From Marsupella aquatica (taxonomy: Eukaryota > Plantae > Marchantiophyta), in the NCBI GenBank assembly GCA_973895155.1, contig OZ316893.1, positions 26,648,798 to 26,712,797 on the forward strand: a DNA stretch of 64,000 nt, read 5' to 3'. Made by a program: the position numbers and the translations under genes. The notes under the pieces were generated by a model. It saw nothing but the letters and a program-made list of their open reading frames with translations, was not told the DNA's origin and did no database searches. Positions 11,601 through 26,100 of this stretch are shown here, piece by piece; position 1 is the stretch's first letter, and each line of letters begins with the position of its first letter.

Positions 11601-11786
11601 TGCAATCGAAGAAAGGCAGATATGTCAGCTCTTTATAAAGAAGGTTTCCTCTCTGCAACATATCAGATCTAGTTACAGTGAGCAGTTTTGAATCATACTG
11701 AAACATTACTTTTGTCATTCATGTTGCAGCATCGCAGGTACGACATATATGGAACGGACTCAACACCAGCTAGAAGCCAACTGTAA
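8605..11786 (+). CDS. NLP2: Deaminated glutathione amidase (Nit1 / nitrilase-like protein 2), 9 exons
   Basis: Exons 8605-8871, 9487-9623, 9773-9901, 10102-10160, 10496-10608, 10751-10843, 11013-11115, 11349-11431, 11730-11786 join in frame. Catalytic motifs [20 protein letters not shown], plus [25 protein letters not shown] and [13 protein letters not shown]-terminal transit-peptide-like extension. Confidence 0.93.
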
Positions 11787-12236
11787 AGTGGAAAGCATTC
11801 CACAAGCGTGGGTGGAAGTTTAGTTGCGGATCATGCATACCCTTGCTGTAAGCACGAAGAAGAGAACATAGAACAGGCCAGAAGAACTTGGGTCCAGTAC
11901 TCCATCTCGAGCCCATGTTGGAAATAATTTCCAAAGTATATCTTCGAAATCGTAGCTGAAGTCTCTAGTTGTAGTAGTAAATGTATCTCTCATTGAGTAA
12001 TACATTGTGTTAGGGCCCCTGGCGGCAACAAACTCCGTTCGACGTTTGAATCTCGAAACTACAGTAGACGTCTCAAGGTTTTGCTGCAACCTTTTGCAAA
12101 ATATCAAACTCAACATTTTGCCTCTGTTCAAGTTGTCCAAAATATTTGCATTCGTGCCAGAGAACGTGGATCTCGGAAGGACATTTTCGACTTGAAAATG
12201 GTCTACAGGTCATTGGAAGAATGTTTTCATAGACTG

Positions 12237-14050
12237 TTACGACCTAGGACTCGATGTCTTAGGTCCTTCTCTACTTGGAGGAACCAGTTCCAACTGAAAT
12301 AATTCAGCAAACTCTGCCAACAATGAATCATGAACATGACTTAACAACATCGCATCGTCCCAAGCAGTGTTCTCCGCTGACTTGGACATCACTGACGTTA
12401 AGCCCCTTCTGTAGCTTCCATTCTCCATTCCTTGTGATGCAGAGCTGAAAATCCGGTTGCTTGTCTTTGAATCTTCATAAGTCCCTTCTACTTTGAGTAA
12501 GTGCTGGATGCTTCCCACGGGGCGGTCACCGATTCCACAAGGAATGATACTCCGGAATGGAGCCAGATCCGTGTTAACATTGAGAGCAAGACCGTGATAT
12601 GTGATCCACCGTGACACTCGGACTCCTATTGCAGCAACCTTCACGCCGTCTGCATAAGATTCAGTTCTTTCGTCAAACCTACTCTTCCTCTTCTCTTGTC
12701 AACTCGGATCTTTCAAGTAGATCACCAGAAATAGAAAACTGGTTGAAGCCAAACATAACAATTCAGAACTCCACAAGCCGGACTTTTTTCATACTGTAGC
12801 CTTTTTCAAACCCTTAATCGAAGCCTCAATTGCTATTCTTCTGGTAACGGTGACTGATGATCTAGGGTTTAAGCGAAAAAGTAATATCCTGAAGAGGACA
12901 GTCAACCGGACTGATGATCTAGGGTTTAAGCGAAAAAGTAATATCCTGAAGAGGACAATCAACCTGACTGATGATCTAGGGTTTAAGCGAAAAAGTAATA
13001 TCCTGAAGAGGACAGTCAACCACATACCAACCCAAACGCCTGTGAGTCCATCAATACGTGATGCTTGAAGGCTACAAGCCGACCAAAGGGTGCGGATGAC
13101 AACCTCCTCCAGCATGCGCAGGTACCAATGAAGGTCCATCTTATGGTGCCGTAAGTTGAGAATTGGATACATGACCAGCTGCAGTAGTCTACCATGAACA
13201 TGTTTCTCATCAGCAGACGGCAACCACGCAGCGGAAGGTTTCGTGCAGCATAAAATTCACAAGATGCACGAACTAATGTCGATAATTCTCAAATTGGAGA
13301 GCCCGTTGAAACCAAACTAACGTAGAATTATTTCACAAACTTCTCCTCTGGCATTGTAATCAGCTCAGAAAATTGAGAATACCTGGCCGGGACCATGATA
13401 AGTGACCTCGCCACCCCGCTCTGTTCGGTGCAACTCAAAGGGTGGATTCTCCTTATCAAAACGCAAATTAGCGTCTGAGCTTCGCGTCCCCATTGTATAC
13501 ACCGGAGGGTGCTGCAGCAAAATGACGGAATTGGAGGGCTCCTCACCTCTTGTCAAAGCCGCACACATGCTATCTACTGTTTCCTTCTGCCATTTCCAAG
13601 CTGTGACGTAAGGTACCAGCTCCTCGTATAAATCATGGCACTCGCACCTGCACAGACCAGTGAAACAAAAGAAGAAAAACAAATTCGCATGAAATTAACG
13701 CCATCTAAAAGAAAAGGACAAAATTTTATGAGGATGATGAGATAAACGAGACAGAGCACGCCCCTTGATCAGGAACACGGATGAACACAACGAGAGAGAG
13801 GGTACGAGAGAGAGTAGAAGCCGAACCTGGACACTTTGTTCGCTGCCGCTGTCTGTAAGCGCAACTGGTGCTCCCGCATTGCCGACGTAGAGAACAGGGC
13901 AAATGACCTGGGACCGTCCACGACGAAATTCGCAAACGAGGAGGAGGATCGACTAGCACAGCCATCCGGAGGAACAGGAGAGACAACAGATGCGGGAGAC
14001 AAGGGAGGCGAGCAGAAGAGAGCTGCCACAGAGGCTCCCAAGTTCGCCAT
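12237..14050 (-). CDS. LIP2P: Octanoyltransferase (LipB family), plastid type, 4 exons
   Basis: Exons 14050-13827, 13647-13383, 13178-13028, 12649-12237 join in frame with GT-AG introns. Motifs [59 protein letters not shown]. Ser/Ala-rich transit peptide followed by [13 protein letters not shown]. Confidence 0.92.
12851..13020. repeat. 57-bp tandem repeat x3 in LIP2p intron 3
   Basis: GACTGATGATCTAGGGTTTAAGCGAAAAAGTAATATCCTGAAGAGGACA(G/A)TCAACC at 12852, 12909 and 12966. Confidence 0.95.
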
Positions 14051-14312
14051 CGCCGCCGAGAAAAGCTCTGCAGACAAGCGAAGAACTCCTCTGAACCATA
14101 AATGCTCCGCGAATCGGAATCGGGATTGGAAGCGCAGCCAAGCGCAGCGAAGCGAAGCACGGAAGCTACATTGAATGTCTCCAGCTGCTCACGGAATCAA
14201 TTTCGTAGCAACACGACTACACGAGAGTGAAGAAGTGAAGATGCCAGCAAGCTTCGGTATTGCCGCCGGGCGGAAGACCCCACAAGGCCACAAGTGCCCA
14301 CAAACACGAAAC

Positions 14313-15240
14313 TAAAGCCCCGGATTTAGCTGACGGGCAAGTTTACGTGTTGCCCGACACGTAAACTCGTCACATTCCGGTTTCACGAATACTCCCGAAC
14401 CCCTTCCCGGCCCGGTCACGGGCACTCCCGGACTCCCCCGGTTTAGTTGGGGTCGTGGCCGGGTCGGAGTTGGGTCAGGTCGGGGTCCGGGCCGGGTTGG
14501 GGCGGGGTCGGGGTCGGGGTCAGGTTCGGGTTGGGTCGGGCCGGCGCCGGGGATTAGGCTTTGCGTTCGGGTTGCGTTCGGGTGGCGGCAGATTAGTAGG
14601 GCGTCTCACATATGGCCAGGGGGAGGGAATTTCAGTGCCCAGGAGTATCTGCGCCCGGGCCTCCGGACACGACTGGTCGGGCACCGAGTGTGGTGCCCGA
14701 CCAGTCACGCCCATGACATTTACACCGGAAACCCCCGCCCGACCGCAATTGGCCTTTCACGCAAATAGCACAGCAATCGCGCAAAACAGCACAGGGAGCA
14801 GCGTCTCGTCGACTCTGCGGCATCTCCACCCGCGACCCATCTCAGAATTGACTACCCCAAAATTTCTTGGCCCGCATCAACACTGTCGCGGTGCGCCCGA
14901 TTGCGTCTCAGGTCGCCCACGTTTGAATTTTTTTCCATAATTGAGACGCCTTAGTACAGTAGTATTCAATGGGCCGGTTCCGTCGGGAAGAGGACGGGTC
15001 GGGGTGGGCAAGGGCATAAAAGGAGGAAGCCCAACCTGCCCGACCAACCCACCACTCGCCCGGCTGGACCACGCCACCCAACCACGACCACGACTCCCCC
15101 GACTCCCCCGACCTTGACTCCGGCCCCGACCCAGGACCTGGCCCTGGACCCGACTGCTTGGGTGTCTGGAGTGACGGGCAAAGGGGTCCAAACCCCTCAT
15201 TTGCCTGACAGGGCAGTTCCCACAAACACAAAACGAAAGT
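14313..15240. mobile_element. GC-rich, hairpin-rich degenerate repeat region, probably non-autonomous DNA element(s)
   Basis: G-rich GGGTCGG repeats at 14450-14545 are mirrored by C-rich CCCGAC repeats at 15040-15155. Perfect hairpins at 14340-14367 and 14671-14706. The left ~130 bp is homologous to the reverse complement of 54268-54449. No clear TSD. Confidence 0.5.
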
Positions 15241-16719
15241 CGGGAGACCTCCACTTGTCTATGAAGCCGAAATGGACTGGCAATGGATGGACTTCCTGAG
15301 AACATCTAAACTGACGCAGATAACATTGTTTACATTTTCCATTGAAACGTGACCTATAAATGGTCTCCTTATCTTTTGCAGTCGGTTTCAATTACATTAC
15401 CAAACTGGTTTTCTTGGTAACTTGAAGACTTGACAACCTTCAACCTGAAAGACATTGTACCATTACTCAGGATCACCATGACGTGTTGACTACTTTCTCC
15501 CCAAGGTAGTCAAAGTTGTCAGTTGCTATTCGGGATGAGTTCCTTTTTCTTTCCTGTGTAAAAGCAATGATCACTCTACACAATCCATGGGGACGGGCAG
15601 GGTGTCGTGACATATAGTATCGTAGCCATAGTGTATCGAAAACATATAAGTCCCCGGCAAGGCATATGTGCAAGCTGCTAGCAACCAACATGCATAGAAA
15701 AAGTCCAATCACATTCACAAGTGCCAAGAAAAAACAAATGAAGTGGTGTGTACGTAGTGGAGGTGTAAACCTCTGTATTATAAAAGGCGTAAGAGAAACA
15801 ATTGTACTGAAATCGAATCAAAAACCGGCAGGATGCCAAGATCGACCGGGAGTATCTAACGAATCACTGTGTGAATCCCGTGTACGGAACCGACGAGCAC
15901 TGTCTGAGCTCTGTCAACAGCGATTCAAGAAGAACTGAAAAACCCACAAAGAAAGACATGCCCTAAGTAAATAAAGTCCTTGCGTCACACTAACAAGCGC
16001 ATTTGCTTCAAGAACACCTGGCATTTGCTATAAAAACATGTCGCTAACTCAAGTAGTACACTAGCCCTAACTACATACCTAGCGGGCATGCGAGGGACAT
16101 GCCGATGTGCATAAGAGGCACTGTCCCTCAGCATGACAAGGGTCAATTTCTCACCCCATCTCTATATTTTGTTCACCCTCACTTTTAGTTTGTCTTTGTT
16201 TAGAGTTACTATTAGTTTTGTTGTTGTCCATAGTTTTCTCTAGACTCTAGCCCTAGAACAGCTTTGCATTGCGTTTTATTAGTACGATTGCCAAAGAATA
16301 GAAGCTCCAATCTAGACACCCCAATTCCACTTAAGACCCCCAGTAGTAGGTCTGAAACCTGTTGTTTTCCATTTTGTTTTGATTAGCCATTGTGGGTTAG
16401 TTTAACATCATTGAATTTTTTATTTCAATCGTGTTTCTGGAGAGCGCTGATGCATGAACGCGGACCAATTTTGGGGTGTAGATGCCCGTGCACTAACCAC
16501 CCAAGTAAGTGGCAGTAGCATTTTTGGGAACCACAGAGTTTTGACCCATACCCCGGCCTGTAGCATTCTGGTCATGGAAAACCATGCCATGCAAGTAAGG
16601 AACTACTCCACCAAGTCAATGAATCATTCCGTTCCCCTTAATGTTTTTTTTCTCGCTAAAGTTCGTTGCTCATAACAGTTTTTTGTGAATGCCTCAACTC
16701 AAGGTGAGTTTCCAGGGTC

Positions 16720-16960
16720 AATGGCATTTTGAGTGGTGAGCCAATTGCTGGCATGAGCTGTTTTACTCAGAGCTAAGAGACACGGCCAACCAGCCAAATG
16801 GTGTTCCTGACATGTCAGTTTCTAAGTCACTGGGTAATCTTGATTTCAAGAGGCATAACTAATGCAATGATTGAAATAACTCACCTGGAAATCTGCCTCA
16901 CCCACTCTATTTAAAATAGCTCTCACCCAGTTCATTTACAAAAAAGACTCTATTGTGAGA
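16720..16960. repeat. Dispersed repeat, homologous to 36615-36905
   Basis: Shared collinear blocks GCATTTTGAGTG, TTTTACTC.GAG.TAA.AGACA.GG.CAA..AGCCAAATGGT, TCTAA.TCACTGGGTA, AATCTGC.TCAC. Confidence 0.75.
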
Positions 16961-18588
16961 GGGATAGGGGTGGTCCCAACGTGGTAATGAGAAAATATAT
17001 TCCAGCACTATCACATTGATATATTCACTCACCACGAATTGTCAACCTACACTGCCCACTCATTTCTTCTTCTTCAAGAGTGAGCCCCACCACAAGGTCA
17101 AGAAAATTGCAAATGTACATAGAAATCTCCCTCTTCTCCTTTTTCTTCTTAGCGCATCTCCAACCTTTACGGGAAAGCCTTACTCTAACTGGGTGCTGAC
17201 CCACCCAATGACTAAAATGCAAAAAGTAATGTCCAATCCATTGATTGTAATGCTATTCTATTGTCTGATTTTCAGGCAAAGGTTTTTTTGGTTAATCTGG
17301 AAGACAATATACACTTTTGGTTTTCTTATGGGTTTGTTGTTAGGTTTTCAAGATTTTAATCTATTTGTTTGACTGTCTACTAGGGTGACCAAGGGAAACA
17401 AAGCGTGATATACCATATTTATGTGTGGGAGTAAGTGATAAGGCTATTTAGATGTGAGGCTTGCAAGGGGCTACAAACTTTGGTCTATTTGACTGTATTC
17501 CCAAGCTAGTGAGAGACCTGGACAAACAATAGTCTTCCATCTTTCTGTCCAGAGGAACAAAAATTGTGTGACCTAGAGAAAGAGAGGTTATTATGGTGTG
17601 ATATAGCATATGTGATAAGAGGATAAGACATATTGTTTGGATGTCCACAGGGATAGATAACAGGTGACCTAGGGAAGCTAAGGGTGCCATGGTGATATAA
17701 CATATAGTTTAGGTTAGACTACATAACACATGTAATAAGGCATAAATGTTTGGATGTAATGCTCGATGTAATGTTATGCCATCACTCAAAGGAAACTCAA
17801 ACATCAAAAGGAACAGACAAGGGTCCTTTTCTCACTTGTTCTTGCTGAGTTTGACATAACATATGTGTTAAGGCATAATGTTTGGATGTGAAGGTTACTC
17901 CATAGCATATATGACAATGAAACATAAACATCAAAATAATAGACAAGGGTCCTTTGGTCCTTTTTTACCCCGCTTTACCCAATCTAATCTAATATGGTTA
18001 TAGTAGGGCATGTCAAAGATGCTCCTGGCACCTGGCTATGGACATTCCTTAGTAGGTTTGGATGAGCCGGGGCCAGGTTCTCATGGGTCACCCTAAATCC
18101 CCGCCTAGATCTGCTCTGCAAGAGTTTGTGTAAGAGTATTATGTGCCAATGCAAGCACTGTGCTGCAAACCAAGGCCTGCCCAGCCCGCTGCCCAGCTAT
18201 ACAAAAATGTTTGATCTCCTCTTGACTTCTCCTCCAATGGGATTGCTTTACAGCAAACAAGACTTGCCAGTGATATGATATCCCAGGCTTCACATTGACA
18301 CCTCCTAGTACTCTCCACAATTTGAAACAAAACCAATAATGTCTGCAACCCTACCATAATATGAAAGGAAATTGAATCTCATGTTTGGTAAAATTTGCGA
18401 GGCATTTTCTTACCTAGTCAAATTCTTGCCTAGCCACCGACCCCACTAGCTGGAATCTGATGGTCATCCTCAGATCAATCTAGGGAGATTTAAGGGTCAG
18501 AAAAAAATGAATCTAGGATCTTTGATAACAAATGTACTTACCAACTTCACCTTCATGCAGGTGACATCAACCACCCTGGCCAAAGAGG

Positions 18589-18916
18589 TGTTAAGGATTG
18601 CTCTTAGTCTTGTGACTCATAGGTTACGGCACTTAGGTTAACCATAGTTAGGATCTTAGCTGAGGTTAGGTTAATCGTGTGTGACCTTGTATATACCAGG
18701 GCTAGTGTAAGCCGCTGGTGTGTGGTGCTTATTCATTGTAACGGAGCAACTTGAGGAAGAGGGAGAGCATGTGTGTTTGTTTACTCTTGAAGTAAAGCGG
18801 GTTCGTGTGGACGTAGCCTTGGAGAAGAGGTGAACCATGTAGAGATTGTGTCGACTACGTGTGCATGGAATAAGTCATGGTTGTATGGTCGTTGCGAATG
18901 ACGTCTTAGTTCAACA
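18589..18916 (+). mobile_element. Solo LTR, Copia-like, 328 bp
   Basis: Termini TGTTA...TCAACA. Exact 5-bp TSD AGAGG at 18584-18588 and 18917-18921. TATA-like TGTATATA and a GTGGACGTAGCC...GGTGAACCA motif common in plant Copia LTRs. Confidence 0.85.
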
Positions 18917-19316
18917 AGAGGAACACCCTGAAGAGTTCACTTCTCAGGAATTAATCTAGGGGAACTAGATCTCAAGTATTCTTGGAAACTTCTCCTTCCC
19001 ACAAGTTGACAGCAAAAAACCTTGAAACAAAACCTTTAAAAAGTACTCTTGTTGTGATACCTTGCTGCCCAACCGTGAGAGATGATTGGAGAGTGACCTT
19101 GACAGGCTGATAACCTTGGGTTGGATCCAGTCCAGTTGAGTGTTGTGTGTAGGGTAATGATTGTTGGGTCTAGGGTTACTGGCCTGTAACCCTGTGACGA
19201 GAAAGTGAAGAAAATAATGCTGACTGGTGCAGCCGGGAAGCTTTTATGAGCTTTATGAGAACAGGTTTCAGACTAGAACCCCAGCCCAAACAGTCTTTAT
19301 TGTACTTAATATATGT

Positions 19317-19725
19317 CCGGGAAAAAAACTACCAGGTAGGTTCCAGGCACAGGGTTGTGGAATACCAGGTAGGAGTTTCTGGGCACAGGGTTATGAAAAT
19401 ATATGGTAGCACCTAGTAGGAAAGGTTACACACCTGTCCGGGAAAAAGATTACCAGGTAACATTTCCCGAGCACAGGGTTATGGAAAAATGGTAGCACCT
19501 AATAATTACACACCTGTTCGGAAAAAATATTACCATGTAGGGTTTTCCGGGCACAGTGTTATGTAAATGGTAGCACCTAGTAAAAAAGTTACAATGGGAG
19601 AAAATTACCAAGTAGTATTTTCTGTGCAGGGTTATGCAAATGGTAACACCTAGTATAAAAGGGGATTACACGGTAGTATTTTAGGTAGTATTTTAAGGGC
19701 ACATGGTTATGGAAATGGTGGCACA
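19317..19725. repeat. Degenerate tandem array immediately upstream of the ARF gene leader
   Basis: TACCAGGTA...GCACAGGGTTATG..AA.TGGTAGCACCTA recurs about 5-6 times with irregular spacing. Confidence 0.8.
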
Positions 19726-20454
19726 CCGGTCACCTTTCTTCGTGACAGGAATTACGAAGGCCTTCGATGTGAGAAACCCACTCCAGCAGTGCACTGTACA
19801 TCTTGTGTAGGATGCAGCTGTAGCAGCAGCAGCAGCACGAACCTACGCAGGCGAGGCGAGAGCCAGCCAGCCGATTCAAGGAGAGCAGAGGAGAGGAGAG
19901 GAGAGAAGAGGAGAGCTTGTTAATGGTGCAAGGTGGGAACGACGATCTACAAAGTGGGCGATTGTAGGGACTGGATTGCTTGATTGGTTCATTACTAGCC
20001 ATTTATCGATCCAATTCTCTCCACCAGAGTCCCTCGAAAGAGTCGTGTTCGTGTTCATGTTCATGAGGTGGGTGTTGTGGCTCTGGTAATCATGATCTGG
20101 ACTGCTGCGGTACTTTACATTTGTTCTTCCATGGTTTCTATATCGTCTTCGAGTCCGTCGTGGAGTCTTGCTTTGGCTGGTGAAGAGGGCGGGTGAAGAA
20201 GGCGGTGAAGACGAAGCACAAAATTGTGTGCTGGAGATGGGTGCGGCCCTCTTCTCTTCTTGCTTCCTCTCGCGCGTATGTTGTGAATGAGTGAGCTGAC
20301 ATTTTCGAGTATTCTTTGGCATTGGTGTAGCAGGGGGTGGTAAGACCAGGGGATGAGATGAGATGAGATAGGATGATCGAAACGTTGACCAAGAGCTAGC
20401 GGCGGAAAATTATGGACGGGTAGTCAGTCTGATTATGGACGTCGGTTCATCAAG

Positions 20455-23146
<2,692 letters not shown>

Positions 23147-26100
23147 GACTGAATCTGAATCATCTTTGCGGATGTGCAAATTGTACTTGACGAGACTGAG
23201 ATTCTTTGTGGAAAATTAGCCTGGTCACCATGCTGTTGAAGCCAAGATATTGCAGCCAACCTAGCATCGCAGCTATGCTGCGATATGCTGAGGTAATATT
23301 GAAATTAGTCTAAGCCCAAGCTCTGACTATCAACTTCGAGTCTTACAGCCATTGAAGAACATGTTTTTGCGAAAGGGTTGATATTTTGTTAGAAGCCAAC
23401 TCCAAAGTGTCAGAGTTTGTGCACGATGTCTTTTACGTTTACTCTCATGATCACCTCATGAGTTCTCGTGATTCTTTTGAGCTGTTCTCGAAGCTTCCTA
23501 GAGTCGCAATGCTGTACAACTTTTCTGTAGATTTTGCATTCATGTACGAGTTAACTGTATTTCCCTTTTCAGACTTTCTCATTGTCATAATATTATGACA
23601 TGGAATTCATTGAAACCATCAAACGATCTTTTACTCTTGTTAGTCTGAAGTTCGTTTCACGAAATGAGCCAGTTAGGCCTGCGTGGATAGGGTCGTCCTG
23701 CAGATGACTTGCTGGATATGGACGTGATAAATCCGTTGGATGACGAGTGGTTCAGAGTTATGGAGAAGGATAATGAAATTAGGCAGCATGATCGCATGAT
23801 AACCATTTGCTGACCCAGTCAGTGTTATTCGGCTCTCTTGTGGCGAAAAGCCAGAGAATAGGAAATCTTAGTTGCAGCCTCTCAGCACGTTGAGTGAGAA
23901 ATGAATCTTGGGTATGCATTTTAAAGATGAAAGGGATGGAGATCACAAAAGCAGAAATTAAGGTGATTGAGGAGTTGCCTGGAGAAAAACAATAGGAGTT
24001 TTTAGATGCTGAGGTCCGGCGATCCGCGGCATCATGTGCCTCCTACTATCAAACACTATACGTCTAAACGAGCCCACTTGAAGGAACAACTCTGGATCAA
24101 TATCAGAACGTCGTCCTGTGACCTGTGGTAGCTGCAACGAGTACCCTGGAGAGAGAGAAGATTAAAAAAGTGTGGGCGGAAGTTCAGTTTAGAAACGGCA
24201 GGGTGCTCCATGGGCATGGATCTGAGACGGAAAAATGCGGACGGCATGATAATCTGAGATGGAACCTCTTCATCCGGAACTTTTTTAATCTTTACATGAA
24301 GGGAGTATGATTTCATTGTATAGCATGGGATTTTATCAATTGCCGATGAGTCTATCTGTGTGAGATCTGGGGATTAGTTCATTGCAATCTATGAAAGTAA
24401 GTTTCCTTGAATCAGAGTCTGGCAGTGAACTGCTCCTTTACAAACACGCCGTTCTTCCTCTTCTCGTTCATGCCATGCCGAAAAGCTTTCAAACTAATGA
24501 CTTTGCAGACTTTACCCGAGTGGGATATATTTTCATAGTTCATGGAAGTCTCCCATTTGTGATTGGGAAGATGAAAAGTTTCTTCTTCCATTGTGTATTG
24601 AGTGGAAGGTGAGACATAATTCACGACTTCTTTTATACGTAACAGTAGGATTGTTGCTCTGGATGTGTCACGTTTCGAAGTGGTTCCTGATTTTCATTAC
24701 TCATGAAATCTGAAATACACTAATTAGAGAAATGGGTGGGTACAACGAGAATCTTCAAAAAAATGTTACAGTTCAGTTTCTATCTCGGCAAACCATGTGG
24801 GGTGAACATGGAAAACGCTCCAGGTTGTGGACTTCTGTCCAATTATAATGCCATGGTGCTTCAAAATAAACAATCAGCTTGGTCATCAACAGCATGGCCT
24901 GTGTAAAACGTTCTGAATTCGCAAAATTGTCTGAGCTCTCGTCTGTGGATATGGGGTTGGATCCACTAGACTTGGAAGGCTGGGAAAGGGTGAGCTGGCG
25001 AATTCTGGCTTGGCCCACTGTGAGTGGATGTTGCAGTGTTTCAAACAATTTAGAGCACTTAACTAATTAAACATTAAGCATCCCCTGAACAATTCTTCCA
25101 AGCAATAAATCTTTGAAATGTGTATCTCAACAATTAGAATTATGTGAAGATAGATCTCCTTTCTGTATTTGTAAAAACTCTGTGGAGGGCATGTGGATTG
25201 TGAGGGATCTACTACAAAGTGACACCAGTGTCCTAGAGAGCAAGCCAACCAGAGTGCGTTCTTAAATATTTTGTAAGTCCAATCACATAGTAATGCTTGT
25301 TAGATGATAGGCACCATTCAAATAATCAGGCAAATTAGTTTTTTGAGCTTTAGGATTTAGGATCCAATCAATTTCTGCTATTTCTTACACTTGTGTTTGG
25401 GGTTTGTATGACACGGGTGCCCTCAGAGGTCCTGCTTTACCCCATATTGGCTGAGGTTGTTGAGGGCTGTCTTGGTGTGAAAGTCCTTGAGGTTCTGGCC
25501 CTCAACATTCCTATGCTTCCTAAAAGCAGATTTTGCTCACCCTCAGGATCTATGTCACTTTTTGTTTCATGCTCATATCAAAGGTTGGGAAGGCAAGAGC
25601 CAGAAAGTCTCTGGCCCTTGCCCTTAGAAACCCTCAATGATTGCCATCAGGACTGTCTGGAGAGGGGGTTGTGGCATGAAAGGATTGCTAGTTCATATGC
25701 TGCCATCGATTCACTTGAAGGTCAAGTTTTAGAGGACTGTTTACATGCAAGACAGCACTTAGTCCTCTCCATACTGCCAAACTGGTTCATTCCTTTTTGG
25801 TCATTGCTTAACATATGAAAACAGGGTAGTATTGTTAGATGTTGAAGACTTCCAGACCCTTTACATGAGTCTTGGAATTGAAGAGGGAGAGTAACAAAAT
25901 AATTCCAATGTTGCACTTCAATTGGTTTTCAACCCTAAACTAAGGTTAGTATGTTATTTGGATGCTTCTTGTTGTTATAGCTAATGGTCCAATCTTACAC
26001 ATTGAGTTCCCTCTTGGTAGACTCGTTGATGTTTGAACTCCTTTTCACCTGAAGGCCTATTCTTTTACTTTGTTATTCACTTTGATATTTACTTTGGTCT

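Noticed and set aside
12851-13020. Repeat unit has CTGATGA...CGAAA...GTC (hammerhead-like) and TGATGA/CTGA (C/D-box-like) motifs
   Set aside because: Stems I-III do not pair, the motifs are antisense to the host pre-mRNA, and no rRNA guide was recognised.
13741-13761. 16/21 match to miR535, i.e. a potential target site in LIP2p intron 1
   Set aside because: Mismatches cluster at miRNA positions 1-4 and 12, the site is intronic, and the context is low-complexity GA-rich.
25060-25920. Possible decayed retroelement coding sequence on the minus strand
   Set aside because: No diagnostic RT, endonuclease or integrase motif could be read with confidence.
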